A stretch of DNA of 64,000 nt. Origin: Callorhinchus milii. Lineage: Eukaryota. How positions within the stretch are numbered: position 1 is the stretch's first letter; the number at the start of each line of letters is the position of its first letter. Where the stretch lies: assembly GCF_018977255.1 (NCBI RefSeq), contig NW_024704742.1, positions 89,530,001 to 89,594,000 on the forward strand, written 5' to 3'. A program made the translations under genes and the position numbers. The notes under the pieces were generated by a model. It saw nothing but the letters and a program-made list of their open reading frames with translations. It was not told where the DNA came from and did not search any database. This document shows positions 25,238 to 37,490 of the stretch, piece by piece.

Positions 25238-26589
25238 CATGATTTTTCCCACCAACTGACACCCAGTATTAAGTTCATCATGTCTGTTCCACTGCTACCA
25301 TTTTGTCTAAATCACCTTTTTTTTATCCTGCTTTCTATTTTCCTCCTCATATTCCTTAATATGTTTGCTCTTTGGTTCCCTCTTCAACCTTTCTATTGAT
25401 TCAACCACAAATGTCACTTTTGGCAAAGAATGTAAAACCTTAACAACCCTCTAAGAGAAAATATTCTTTCTAACCTCACCCCTAATTTTTCTGTTAACAA
25501 ACTGAGAATATATCTCTTTGTCACCAATTCCCCAATTACAGGAAGTACTTTTATTCTAAAGGTAATAGCATAAGCTGACTGATTTTATTTGGCTTTGAAA
25601 CTCAGTATGACAAGTCTCTAGCAGATTGTTTTAGAGAGAGAAAGAGAAAGATTAAATTAAGAGATTTCTTTTCACAGGCAGAACTAATTAATTTTTTACC
25701 TCGAAAGTCGAGTTCCCCACACACATCAATGTTCCTCTTTTACAATTAGAAATTATTTCACTTCATCGTGTTTCTCGGAATGAGATAACTTTAGCTTTTT
25801 TTCCCTGTGATAAACCTGACATTGTTCCATGTCAGGTTCAGGAGAAACAGGGGGTAGAAAAACAGTACATCTTGTACAATTGAGAATTGCATGTGCAAGA
25901 AGCCAATGAGCTAATGAAGAATGGGGTAAAAGAAATATAGGCATTGAATGCGGGGGACGGATAAAAGGGAAGCAAATGACATCATGAATAGAAGGCCTGA
26001 GAAATAAAATAAGGTATATAAAAAAAAGTTTTAAAAAAAGCTTATAACAAAAATGCAAATGTGATGGCATCTGGATTGCTTCCAGTATTATTTGGGGACA
26101 TAAAGAAATGAGGATAATTAACTTTAATGAGCAGTTAATGTCGTGCAGTGTTCAGGAGAGAATTAGTTTCAAGAACTTATAAAAGGAGAGGAATCAAAAA
26201 AGACCAGTAGACTTACCAAACCTGCTCCCACCTGTACCAGAATTTCTGTATTCTCAATGTGGCAATCCTTTGTCCCAACTGTACAGAAATAACCAGTTTC
26301 CTGCAGGCTGTTTATTCATATATCAAATGGATGTATGTCTTTTGTTTATCACTGTCTACATTTATAATTTAATTTATAGTGTTCAATCCTGCTTTTGTAT
26401 CAGCTGAAAAGGATGGAACCAGTTACACTAGATGGGGAGTCATCCAAGAACCAATGTATACTGGATCTGAAGTGGGTGAACTTGCTTTCATTCCATCCCC
26501 TGTGAATTGAGTCAAGGGCCCCGCTAATGTGACCCCGTAGAGGTTTGTCACCAACAGTTCAACATGTTCATTGCAAAGTCCATTGAACC

Positions 26590-27075
26590 ACAGACATTTA
26601 CAACAGCAAAGGAAGGACATTTGAACCATCGTGTCTATGTTGCTCTTTTAAAGAACAATCATTTCAGTTCCATTTACCTGCCGTTTGCCCGTACCCCTGT
26701 AGCTGACTCAATTTAAGGTATTTCTCTAGTTCCCTCTTGAAAGGCAGCATGAATCCTGCTTCAACAATCGCTCCCACTAGGGCATTCCATATCCTAACCA
26801 CTCTGTACGTGAAAGAATTATTCTAATCTCTCCATTTGCTCATTTGCTATCTTAAATTGATATCCTCTACTCATTGACTAGAGGAAATAATTCTTCCCTA
26901 CTGACTCAAAACCCCTCATAATTTTAAAGACCTTTATTATGTCACCCCTCAACCTTCTTTGTTCTATCAAGAAAAGTTATTTCAGCCTCTGCTCTTAGGC
27001 CAAACTATTCATCCCTGGTATCATCCTAGTAAATCTTCTCTGCATTCCCTCTTTAGCCTTCATGCATTTCCAGCA
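26590..27075 (-). mobile_element. CR1 3' fragment
   Basis: Reverse complement gives RRFTRMIPGM...RLRGDIIKVFKIMRGF and TTTCACGTACAGAGTGGTTAGGATATGGAATGCC; same family as 4330-4750. Confidence 0.82.
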
Positions 27076-27749
27076 ATGTTAGAGATTTGCTAATCCACTA
27101 ATGCACAAATCCTTAATCCATCTATTGGACATCATGTCATTTCAGCCTGGACAGTAACTATAATTTAGACATGAGGAAACACAATAGACACAGGAGCGGA
27201 AATTAGCTTGAACACTATTCACTGATCCTTATCTTGGCTTAGATCCACCTGCCCAGCATGGTCACCTCATTCTGGATCATCTTGATTTACCTTCAAACAG
27301 TGTTACTTTCACAGCCTTTTGAAACAGGACTTGAAGAGGACTTGACATGTTAACTCAGAGCAGCTTATTTTCCTTTTCATTTAATTGCCTTGTGGGGGAT
27401 GGTGACTGAAAGAGGAAGCGGCTGAGTGGGATGACAGAGGCCTTGGCACCCTTAGGCATGTTAGACACTGCTTCAGTCGTTTTGGATTTGTGACCTTCTC
27501 TACCCTATCATACCAATACTTTTCAACCACCCTCAGAATCTTTGACAGATTCCCAAAATGTGAAGTTGCATTGAGTAACAGATGCCGGAGGCAACAGCTG
27601 TGATGTGGGACAGAAAAAGCATTCTTGCAACTTCTGCAAGTTTAAAGCCAGGACCTGGCATCACATTTAAATATTTTAAAGCTATTACTAAAAGTCAGTT
27701 GAACTGTATCTAAATTTTACCAAAGCCAGTACCCACACAGTCCCAAAAT

Positions 27750-28180
27750 ATGTCAGCTTGGCTACGTTGGTAGCATTCTAGTCTAAGTCAGAAAGCTATG
27801 GGTTCAAACCCAATGTCAGGACTTGGTGCTCATTTAGCTTAAGCTCACACGCCGATGCAGCGCTGCATTGTGGAGGTACCATCCTTCGGATAAGACGTTA
27901 AAAAACTAAAGTTCCATCTACCTGTTCAGGTGGACATTAAAGATCCCAAAGCACTATTTGAAAAGAGAAGGGAGTTTCTCCCAGTGTCCTGGACAACAAT
28001 CCCACAAATAAAATTGATCATTCAGTTCATGGCTATTTGTGGGATATTGCTATGTCGAGTTGGCTGCTGCATTCACCCACAAAAAGTGCAGTCACTTCAT
28101 TTTACAGTATATACAGTGAAGTGCTTTGAGATGTCCTCCCAACATGAAGGCTATACAAAATTTATGGATTATTATCTTTA
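27750..28180 (+). mobile_element. Old Deu-domain SINE, full length
   Basis: Colinear with 18059-18500. Confidence 0.85.
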
Positions 28181-29751
28181 TTAACAATAATAATACAATG
28201 ACACTATACGGAATTGATATGAATGGTTTCAACAGGGTAGGGTGGGGAGAAATGGAGGTGGTTGTGAATTGGCTCTTCAGTCTCAGAAAGATATGTCTCA
28301 GAGGGGACCTTATATAATATTCTCAATGGATCGAGAGAAAATAAACCCAAAACAATGTTTTCCCAAGGCAGCAAAACAAGAAGACACAACTTTAGGGTTG
28401 TAAACAACAATTTCAGGACAGACACCAAGTCAGCATTTCTTACTTGGTGTAGAGGATAAGCGTTCTGAGACACTACCTGCATGGAGGGTGCTGTATAAGT
28501 GCAAGTTGTTGTTATTGTTGTTGATAATAAGCGACTGAATCCCTAAGAACAGTTTAACAGCAAAGAAAGGTGTTTGAGGTCATGACCCTGAACTCATTTG
28601 AGAAATAAACTTGAAGTTGTAATCGAAGGAAGATGGAGAGTTGGGAATTCTGGAAGCATGAGATCGAATGAGCCCAAAAGCTTTCTTCATCAGATCCTCT
28701 CTTGTGATCTTCTGGATGTGGGAATGGCAATTTTATGGAAACACAATCGCAGGGTGAAAAAAAATCTCTTAGACTATGACCATTTTGACTCATTACTTAT
28801 AAATAACATGAATCATACGAAGAAAAATTAGTTCATACCATTTTTAAACTATGGCGGAAATACTCTAAAAAACCTGTTTTGAACAGATGTGGTTAGAGTC
28901 AAAAGCATCGAAGTATTTAAGATAAAATTTGATGCGAACATGAGAGAGAAGAGGTCAGAGGAGAGAATTGGAGGGATAGGGGTTCATGTGGAGATAAACC
29001 TGGCTCCAATGAATTGGGCCGAATGGTCTGTTTCTATGTCTTATCACTCTATGTATCTCTGTGAGTCATTGTTTGTGTGACTGTATTACTGATTAAAAGA
29101 TCCTATTGAGATATACCATGGATTAGACCCAATTGCTTCAGTAGCTCGAACTGAAAATAAGTTTTAAGCACATTTTGTATCATCTTCCCCACAGAGCGTG
29201 AATCAATTCATGTACTGCTCAGAACCAATAGTGTTTTATAAGAAGCAATGCTTTCCTCTTGTGACTGTGGAGGTGGAGAAAATAATTACAGAATGAAGCA
29301 GAGGGTTATCCAAGAGTCTATTCAAAATGCCAAAGTCTGTTATCTCAAGAAAACCTGAACCTTGGGTAGAGTGTTCACTGTTGTTGCGATAAGCTCAGCA
29401 CTGAGACTACAGCTGGTTGATGTCTCAAATTCTGTTTCTTCACATTGTCTGAAGAAGTTACAAAGAGGAACTTAAAAGGCCAAATGTTTGTGAAGTTAAG
29501 ATTAGAGGTAGAATTTGCAAATTTTGCAAGCATGCGGGGCTGAAGTTCTGGTTGGCTTTATATGTAGCATCTTTGGTGATGTCGTCCCCTAATGGATTTT
29601 CCCCATTATAATTGCACATCGCCAATACTAATCGGAATTTCAGCTCATACTTGTGCTGACTTCCGTCAGTGAAAATGATCACCAAGTGGCAGTATCCCTT
29701 CCCTATTTCAGACCCACTTGATAACAACAATAACAACAATAACTTGCATCT

Positions 29752-30052
29752 AATAATCCTTGCATTTGATATAGCGCTTTTCACGTCGGGAGGACGTCCC
29801 AAAGTGCTTCACAGAACACACTGTAAAGTGAATTGACTGTATATTTGTGGGCGAACGCGGCAGCCAATTGCGCACAGCAATGTCCCACAAACAGTCGTAG
29901 ATTGAAAATGACCAATTTATTATTGTTTTTGGAGGGATTATTATTAGGCGTGTGGAGTAAGGAAACTTGCCCAAGATTTCGCCCTGCCTGGAATTGAACT
30001 CAGGTCTCTCGCTTGCAAAGCGAGTGCTCTAACCACTGAGCTACAGGACTCC
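29752..30052 (-). mobile_element. Young tRNA-Ala SINE, short form, inserted into an L2-type tail remnant
   Basis: Near-identical to 30556-30871 and 33298-33621. The flanks rejoin as (AAC)n-AACTTGCAT|TATATAGCGCCCTTCATG. Confidence 0.95.
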
Positions 30053-30555
30053 ACTATATAGCGCCCTTCATGCACCTAGCGTCTTGGAGCACTGAAGTGA
30101 GAGTGATAATTCTGGTTAATTATGACACCCAGAATTGTTTCTAATTTATTTTACTAGCATAATTTTTGTTTTGTAGTGTTGATCTTATGAAGAGAAGGGT
30201 GTGAAATACACACTCTCCCCAGCCAAAAAAGATATGTTTATATTGATTGGGCACGAAGCATTTAAAATTCAAATCACATTTCTTATACATCAGAGGAGGA
30301 GGAAGCCACAATTAAAAAAAGCTAAAACGTCTCGAGATAGATTTTGTTTTCAATGGAACATTAGGACTGGGAGGACAAATGCCACTTGGATATAGATCTG
30401 TTCATGTAGTTTGCAGAATTTGGCAATTTGTTGAATTCAGTTAGAATTTTGAAGGCAGTTTTCTATAGCTCTTAAAAGACGTGGAGCTAAAGTGCAGAAA
30501 GTCTAGACATAGGTGAAATTTCCCCTTAATGGACACTTACTCTGGCTGACCTATA

Positions 30556-30871
30556 TAATAATAATCTTTGCATTTGATATAGCGCTTTTCACGGCGGGAG
30601 GACGTCCCAAAGCGCTTCACAGAACACACTGTAAAGTGAATTGACTGTATATTTGTGGGCGAACGCGGCAGCCAATTGCGCACAGCAATGTCCCACAAAC
30701 AGTCGTAGATTGAAAATGACCAATTTATTATTGTTTTTGGTTTTGGAGGGATTATTATTAGGCTCTGTGTGGAGTAAGGAAACTTGCCAAAGGTTTCGCC
30801 CTCTGCCTGGAATTGAACTCAGGTCTCTCGCTTGCAAAGCGAGTGCTCTAACCACTGAGCTACAGGACTCC
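30556..30871 (-). mobile_element. Young tRNA-Ala SINE, short form
   Basis: Intact A/B boxes, anticodon stem CTCGC-TTTGCAA-GCGAG, stem-loop tail. Confidence 0.95.
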
Positions 30872-31134
30872 ACGGAACCTGTCAGCATTTTTCACCGTTG
30901 TTGTACTTCATCACCGTATATATGTTTCCATTCCAGGAACTCCACTTGCCAAATATGTGGAAAAGCAGAAATTACGTTCAGTCAGACGTAATAATCCTTA
31001 CAATTGGGAGGATGTCTCAAAGTACTTCATAGGATTCACTGTAAAGCAAAGTAACAAAGTGTATGTGTTTTGTGGGTGAACAGGGAACCTGTTGACATTG
31101 AAGAAATTAATTTGAAAATGAAACTAAATTCCAG

Positions 31135-31720
31135 AATGCTCATCTTATAGCCTTCCTATCACAGCATCGAGCTGTTTTAAAAATGAGTTCAGCATCTCAC
31201 CTCAACCATCCTTCCTGGTAAGCTGTTCCAGTAGTTACTTCAGTTCTGGATAAAGACATACTTCCTGGTTTCTGTCCTGAATTGCCCTTTGCAACTCTAA
31301 ACTCTAAACCTGTGTCCACTTTTTATGCTGTCTCTGTGCATCTGAGTTTACTTTCTCAAATTAATGGCTGGAACAGGAGGCCAGAAAGGGTGGTAGAGGC
31401 CAGGATGCTAGACTCATTTAAAGAAACAGCTTGATGCTGCAATGGGAAAACCTAAGGTAGGTATTCTGTAAGGATGAGATCAGATGGGACAAAGGGTTTC
31501 TTCATCCAAACCAATCTAGTGAATCCCATTTCAAATCTAATATAACTCCAGAAGGTCCCCTCTGAGACATCTCTCAAGGCTGAAGACTCCCAGCTTGTCT
31601 AATGGCTGCTCATAGCTCATTCCTCTAATACCAGGGATCAACCTTGCTGTTCTCCTCTGCCTTGGCTTGACTGTTGATGAGAAGTGCTGGAAAATCCAAC
31701 TTGTACTCCAAACCAGATCA
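31135..31720 (-). mobile_element. CR1 3' fragment containing an opposite-orientation CR1 3' end (about 31360-31520)
   Basis: RRTARLIPGIRGMSYEQPLDKLGVFSLERCLRGDLLELY (31537-31725) resumes at about 31350 (EKVNSD) beyond the plus-strand insert. Confidence 0.75.
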
Positions 31721-32771
31721 AACAACTCAACTCCACATTCTCATTGATATTCGAAAATCAGGTCAAGGGCCACGATGTGCTATAAGTATACTGGGCTCAC
31801 AAATTGCATACAGAAAACCAGTGACAGGTCTATTGGTTTTCATTCCTATCCTAATAACTGTGGAAAGGATAATCTCTGCAGATGGACATTAGAGGTGTTC
31901 GGAAAACGAGAATAGAAAAACTAATATATAATCTGAAAACATAAAATGTAATATTTTTAGCTCCATGTTCAAACAGTGAGTTAGTGCACTGAAAATGATA
32001 CATGTTGAACTGAATTCATGTCTTTATTCTGATTTTCTAGCATTGTGCAGAGAAATAACTTGGAAATTCAATTCATACAGTACATGTAAACTTATGTATC
32101 CAGTCACTGATAATACAATATTGACCTATTATCTAGTTAATGATAATACAGTATTTCCCCTATAAATGCACAATATAATACTTATTGCAGCATATCTTGC
32201 ATAATATATTTCTTTCAATTTATGTCTGCTGGCTAATGACACACAGTGCTGTAGGTTAACACATTGTTAGCTTGTGATTCAAGAACAGAAGCTGATCAAG
32301 AAGAGAAGGCAGCGATTGAACATCCTGAAACGTGCACTTTGTACATCAGTGATATCAGCCGGGCAAGAACCACAGCAATAAGTCCTGTTTGTTCTTGTTA
32401 TGTAACTTCTCAAAAGTCTGCAAATAATCTCTATTAGATACAAAACAATTCCAAAAACACAAGACTCTGGTTTTTAATAGTCTTTCAGCACTAGACCTAA
32501 AGCATATTCTAATGATCAGGGGCCATTCGGTAGAGTTCTATTATTAGGAGGGAGCAATTCATTATCATCGTGTGAATATTGGAGAGGCAGAGATCACTGC
32601 ATGTCACAGAGCATTAGGTCACCTGCTGCCACACTTAATCCACCACCAGCCAGGAGGCTGAGATTTTCTGCTGGCATCTTTTTCATGGCTGCCGTTAACT
32701 CTGTACTATAATTCTTTAGCTTTTCCTGCCTTCTTCCCACCCTTTCCGGCAAGTTGGAGCATCATAAGATG

Positions 32772-32812
32772 AAACAATAAACAAACAAACAAACAAACAA
32801 ACAACCAAACAA
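32772..32812 (+). repeat. (AAAC)n microsatellite
   Basis: Directly visible. Confidence 0.9.
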
Positions 32813-32921
32813 CCAGCCTGATTGTAATTGGGGAAGCCAGCCATAATCACAGGGGTTGAACTCTGGCCTCTTAATTCGGAGGTCGCTGTTCAAACGATGG
32901 GAGTTATATAATACTATATAT

Positions 32922-33743
32922 AACAATCCTTTCATTTGATATAGCACCTCATCATGTCATCGAGACACTTCAAAGTACTTCACAGAATACATTGTAAAAT
33001 TAATTAACTCTATTTTGTGGGTGAAACGCGGCAGCCAATTGCGCACAGCAGTGTCTGGCAAACAGTCGCGGGACAAATTATAATTATTATTTGGCGAGGG
33101 ATTAGTACCCCCGGAAAGCCATCCGCAATTCAACTAACAACCATGTGTCCTACTTTCTCCCACAAAATGTCAGTCAATTCACTTTACAATAAAGCACAAT
33201 AAAGATGTCTCAAAAGGACTGTGAAGTGCTTTTGAGACATCTCAAAGACGTGATAAGGCTCTATATCAAACGCAAGGATTATTATTTTTATTATTTCGAG
33301 AGTCCTGTAGCTCAGTGGTTAGAGCACTCGCTTTGCAAGCGAGAGACCTGAATTCAATTCCAGGCAGGGCGAAACCTTGGGCAAGTTTCCTTACTCCACA
33401 CGCCTAATAATAATCCCTCCAAAAAACCAAAAACAATAATAAATTGGTCATTTTCAATCTACGACTGTTTGTGGGACATTGCTGTGCGCAATTGGCTGCT
33501 GCGTTCACCCACAAACATACAGTCAATTCACTTTACAGTATGTTCTGTGAAGCGCTTTGGGATGTCCTCCCGACGTGAAAAGCGCTATATCAAATGCAAG
33601 GATTATTATTATTATTATTATTGCTAGGGAAACAGAGGCGTGTGGAGGAAGAAAACTTGCCTGAGGTTTCGTCCTGCCCGGGAATCGAACCCGAGTCCTC
33701 TCGCTTGCGAGGCGAGTGCTCTAATCAATACACTACAGGACTC
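32922..33743 (-). mobile_element. tRNA-Ala SINE, long form, split by two plus-strand SINE inserts
   Basis: Body 32922-33152 ends ...TCCTACT and continues TGCTAGGGAAACAGAGGCGTGTGGAG at about 33622 to the head at 33743. Confidence 0.82.
33298..33621 (+). mobile_element. Young tRNA-Ala SINE, short form, full length
   Basis: GAGTCCTGTAGCTCAGTGGTTAGAGCACTCGCTTTGCAAGCGAG...GCGCTTTGGGATGTCCTCCCGACGTGAAAAGCGC...(TTA)n. Confidence 0.95.
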
Positions 33744-35719
33744 CAAATCATATTGAGATGCTGCGCGTTTATCCTTTTTTTCAGTTCCCCTGCTTTAGCA
33801 GAAAGCAGAGGCTTGGATATCAGCATTCTGGTGGCATGGAGGAGTTCCCGGATGTCAAGGACACTTTTTCAGGCTGCTCAGCCACTGTCTTTTCAATCAG
33901 CACAGCTCTGTTAAGCTTTTATTCTGCAGACTCCTATCTGAAATGCATCCATGCAAATCGAGTTGTACACCACTGCAGAAAAACGCAGGGAAATGAAGCT
34001 TCGATATGGTGACGGAGATAGCATTTCTTAGTCAACTCGCTCAATTAACAGGGCCAGCTGATCTGTACAAAGGAATAATTAATCTTTTATAGGAGATTCC
34101 TGTAATGCTATTAAAATACCGCAGCGTAATTCTAAGGACCGCCTATTCTAAACATGTGTGGGACTCAAATTAATCTGTGTAACTTCATCAGGCTGCTAAT
34201 CCTGTTTTACACTGTTTTAATCCTGAAAATCCCATATAGTATTCACGTAGCACAGTGGACTCACCAAAGCAGCTAATACATGTGCAGCTAACAAAATCCC
34301 CTGTTATTGAACTACACAGCTCAATGCTATTCAATGCTGCTGTAATGTAATTTGGTAGCATCGCGTATTTAATTTATAACATAACTTTGCTTCTTCTGAT
34401 GAAAGAGAGAATATCAGGATGACGGTGATAGCATCACCAGGTTGCAGCAGGAATATACTTAAATCATGAATCATTTGGTGAGATGAATAGTGTCAAATTT
34501 TGCATACGTTTTGGGCACTCCTATCATTGCTAATGCTGCTGGCAGAGAAACCTTCAATTTCATTACTGCTGCAGTACAATCCAGCATGTTCTGCCCTCGG
34601 TGACAGCAGTTCCGAGACGTGTTTGGCATGAAGGGAGCTATATAAATGCAAGTTGTTGTTGTACAGTTACACTACAATTAGGCTTATGGTTGCTATCTTA
34701 TAGAGAGAAAAGAAAATATAAAAGTTTTGTTTCAGAAGCTCAGTATCCTTATGTTTCTTAACTATAAAATTGTCATCTTAAAATTTAAGGTGGTGTAAAA
34801 TTTTGTAAAACAGTCTGGTCGCTTTTCTCTCAGGCACCTTCCTCATCTCCCCCAACCTCCAGCCAACTCGGTGAAGTGTTTTGAGACATCGTCCCGATGA
34901 GAATGGCGCAATATAAATGTAAAGTGATTGTTGATTTGAAAGTTGATTCTCCGCAGTTTGTTTTCTTTGTGTTCAGTTCAGTGAGAGGATGTCACACATG
35001 AGCTGAATGGAACTTTCCTGACTGTTGCTGTAATGGAGTGGTGTCCAACCTCTTTGGTTTGCCAACAAAATAAATGTTTCTTGATTGAATATTACTTGAT
35101 TTTTTTCATCAGGAAGTTGATGATATTGATGTAGTTATTTTGTTGGCCAACTGAAACCCCCGGGGACGGTAAGCTAACCTTGCACAGTGAATGCACTTGG
35201 TGTCATGAGACTAGTCTTCACAGCAAGTTGGAGTGATGAGCAGAGGCTTATGTCACAAAGAAGTTATTTTCTTCCTGGCATGAGGAACCGATAATGCAGT
35301 GGTTCTTCCCTTTAAGTGTCTTTTCAACACCATGGATTTCATGCTTGCAATTTGTCATACTTCGTTTGAAATTCTGGTGGGCGTTACATACAGGGGTTTT
35401 GGCAATACCGGTCACATATGTGTTTTCCCTTTTACAATCGCACATCGCCAAAGTGTGTCAGTGACCAGGATTTCAGCACAACTGTGCCTTGCAAATCTCA
35501 GCCATGCGGTGGGGCAGATGACAACTGTGAGCTCAAATGCGTGTCCACATGAAACAAAAACGGAGAGGGAAGACGTTGGCTGCCTTATCTCAACATCGAG
35601 TAGCTTATTCATGATTGCTATCAAAAGAGATCACTGGAGACAGCTCACCCCTTTCAAGTTAATAATAATAATAATCCTTGTATTTGATGTAGTATCTTAT
35701 CACATCATCAAGGTAATTT

Positions 35720-36495
35720 ATACCTCGGGCACTGACAGCCTCTCCCTCCATCTCACGGAGCCAATACGGAACCCTGTTGTCCTGTTCGTCCCTCAACTGT
35801 CCTTCATACTCCACATCAGTGCTCAGACTTCCCCCACTTCAGCAACACCGCCTGGCTCCGCCACTGTCTCACACCGCAGGCAGCCGAGACCCTCATACAT
35901 GCATTCATAACATCCAGGTTCAACTACACAAACTCCCTACTGATTAACCTCCCCAACTCCTCCCTCCATAGGCTGTAGATCATCCAGAACTCTGCAGCCC
36001 GTGTCCTCTACCGCACCAAGCTCCATGACCGTATCACCCCCATCCTTGCTGAGCTCCACTGGCTTCCCATCACACAGAGGATACAGTTCAAGATCCTGGT
36101 CCTCACTTTCAAAGCCCTCCATAGCCTTGCTCCCCCCTACATCTACGACCTTCTAACCCCCTACCAACTTGCCTGCTCCCTCTGCTCAGCAGAGACCGGC
36201 CTGCTTCACGTCCCCCGGCTCACTCATTCGACCATTGGCGGGCGGGCCTTCAGCGACTCTGCCCCCACCCTCTGGAACTCCATCCCGAGTCCCTCTGCCT
36301 CGCCCCCTTCCTTGCCTCCATCAAGACCCGTCTTAAGATTCTCCTCTTCGACCATGCCTTCGGTCACCCTCTGTCCTCCAACCTCCCCCGATCCTGACCC
36401 CCAGCTTGTGTTCGAAACACTGATTGTCTAGAGCCTTGGGATGTGCTCCTGATGTGAAAGGCGCTACACAAATGTTTTTTTTGTTTGTTTGTTGA
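35720..36495 (+). mobile_element. L2 3' fragment
   Basis: AETLIHAFITSR...IIQNSAARVLYRT...ITPILAELHWLPITQRIQFKILVLTFKALHSLAPPY, then the tail. Confidence 0.93.
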
Positions 36496-37084
36496 TTTCA
36501 ACCTTGCTGCCTGTCAAAATACTCACTTCCCTCCTCAATAATGGCAGCCCCTTGTCACTTCATGCTTAATTGCTCCACAAATCCCTTTTACATCTACTAA
36601 TTATGATGGGCCTTCAGGTTAGTTGAATCCCTGCAGTGTGTCATGGCGAAGGGCTAGATAGCAACCTCCCTGTTACCCTGTACTGCAGGCACAGGTTCAG
36701 CACTACAGAAGGAACCACCCAAAATAAATATTACACTGTGTCTGTGGCAAAGCAACACCTTAGTATCCTGATGTGTCATGTCATGGAGTTTTCATCTCAG
36801 CAGGGGCCATTCGGACAGAGATAAATTAGAGGCAAACTACCTGCCCCGAGGGAATGATAGAGAATAAGAGGATGTGTCAGCTGACACTGCTCTTGTATAC
36901 TTCCAAGTAGACAGCTCGGAGCAGTATTGGCAGAGGTTCAAGATAAGGTTGGCTGTCTCTCCTGGTCAGACAATGTGAGAGCTGCGTGGGAGAAATGACA
37001 CTTGTTCAACTAGTAGACAATGAACTTGCTCAGCAATAGTAGACTATTCAACCATAAACACAACTCAACTTATGCAGCAATATC

Positions 37085-37490
37085 TCTTGCTTCTGGGTCA
37101 GAAGGTTGTAAGTTCAAGCCCTAAGTTGGAACATTGAGCTTACAGACTAGGATGACACTTCATTGCAGTACTGGGCCATTGGTGCATTGTTAGAGGTTCC
37201 CTCTTTCAGGTGAGATGTTAAACCAAGGTCCTGTCTGCCTGTTCTTCTTGCGTGGTGGTGGTAGGGGAGAGAGGGGATTAAGATCCTTCATATTATTCAT
37301 AAAGAGAAATGAGTTTTTCTCTCAGTATTCTAATCGATCGTTCACTTTATGGCTGTATGTAAGACTTGCTGTTTGCAAAATGTCTGTTGCATTTGTCTAC
37401 AAAATCATTAGCTACACATGAAAGTAATTATCTATAAAGTGCTTTGAGGCATTTCAAAATTTTAGGTGCTATAAAAATGCAAGATCTTTC
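37085..37490 (+). mobile_element. Old Deu-domain SINE
   Basis: CTCTTGCTTCTGGGTCAGAAGGTTGTAAGTTCAAGCCC...GAGATGTTAAACCAAGGTCCTGTCTGCCTGTTC...tail. Confidence 0.75.

Noticed and set aside
26217..26278. 62 nt minus-strand exon-like segment with an IQ-like peptide (IATLRIQKFWYRW)
   Set aside because: Splicing to the 24455 acceptor gives stops in all frames; too short to trust.
29458..29720. Protein-like minus-strand frame (CHLVIIFTDGSQHKYELKFRL...)
   Set aside because: The ORF starts inside a SINE, with no clear splice signals or family match.
33298..33375. tRNA-Ala gene (and the similar heads elsewhere)
   Set aside because: A/B boxes and anticodon arm are present, but each head runs straight into a SINE body and lacks a proper acceptor stem.
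35299..35910. 203 aa ORF
   Set aside because: Chance read-through of unique DNA, a SINE tail and an off-frame L2 fragment.
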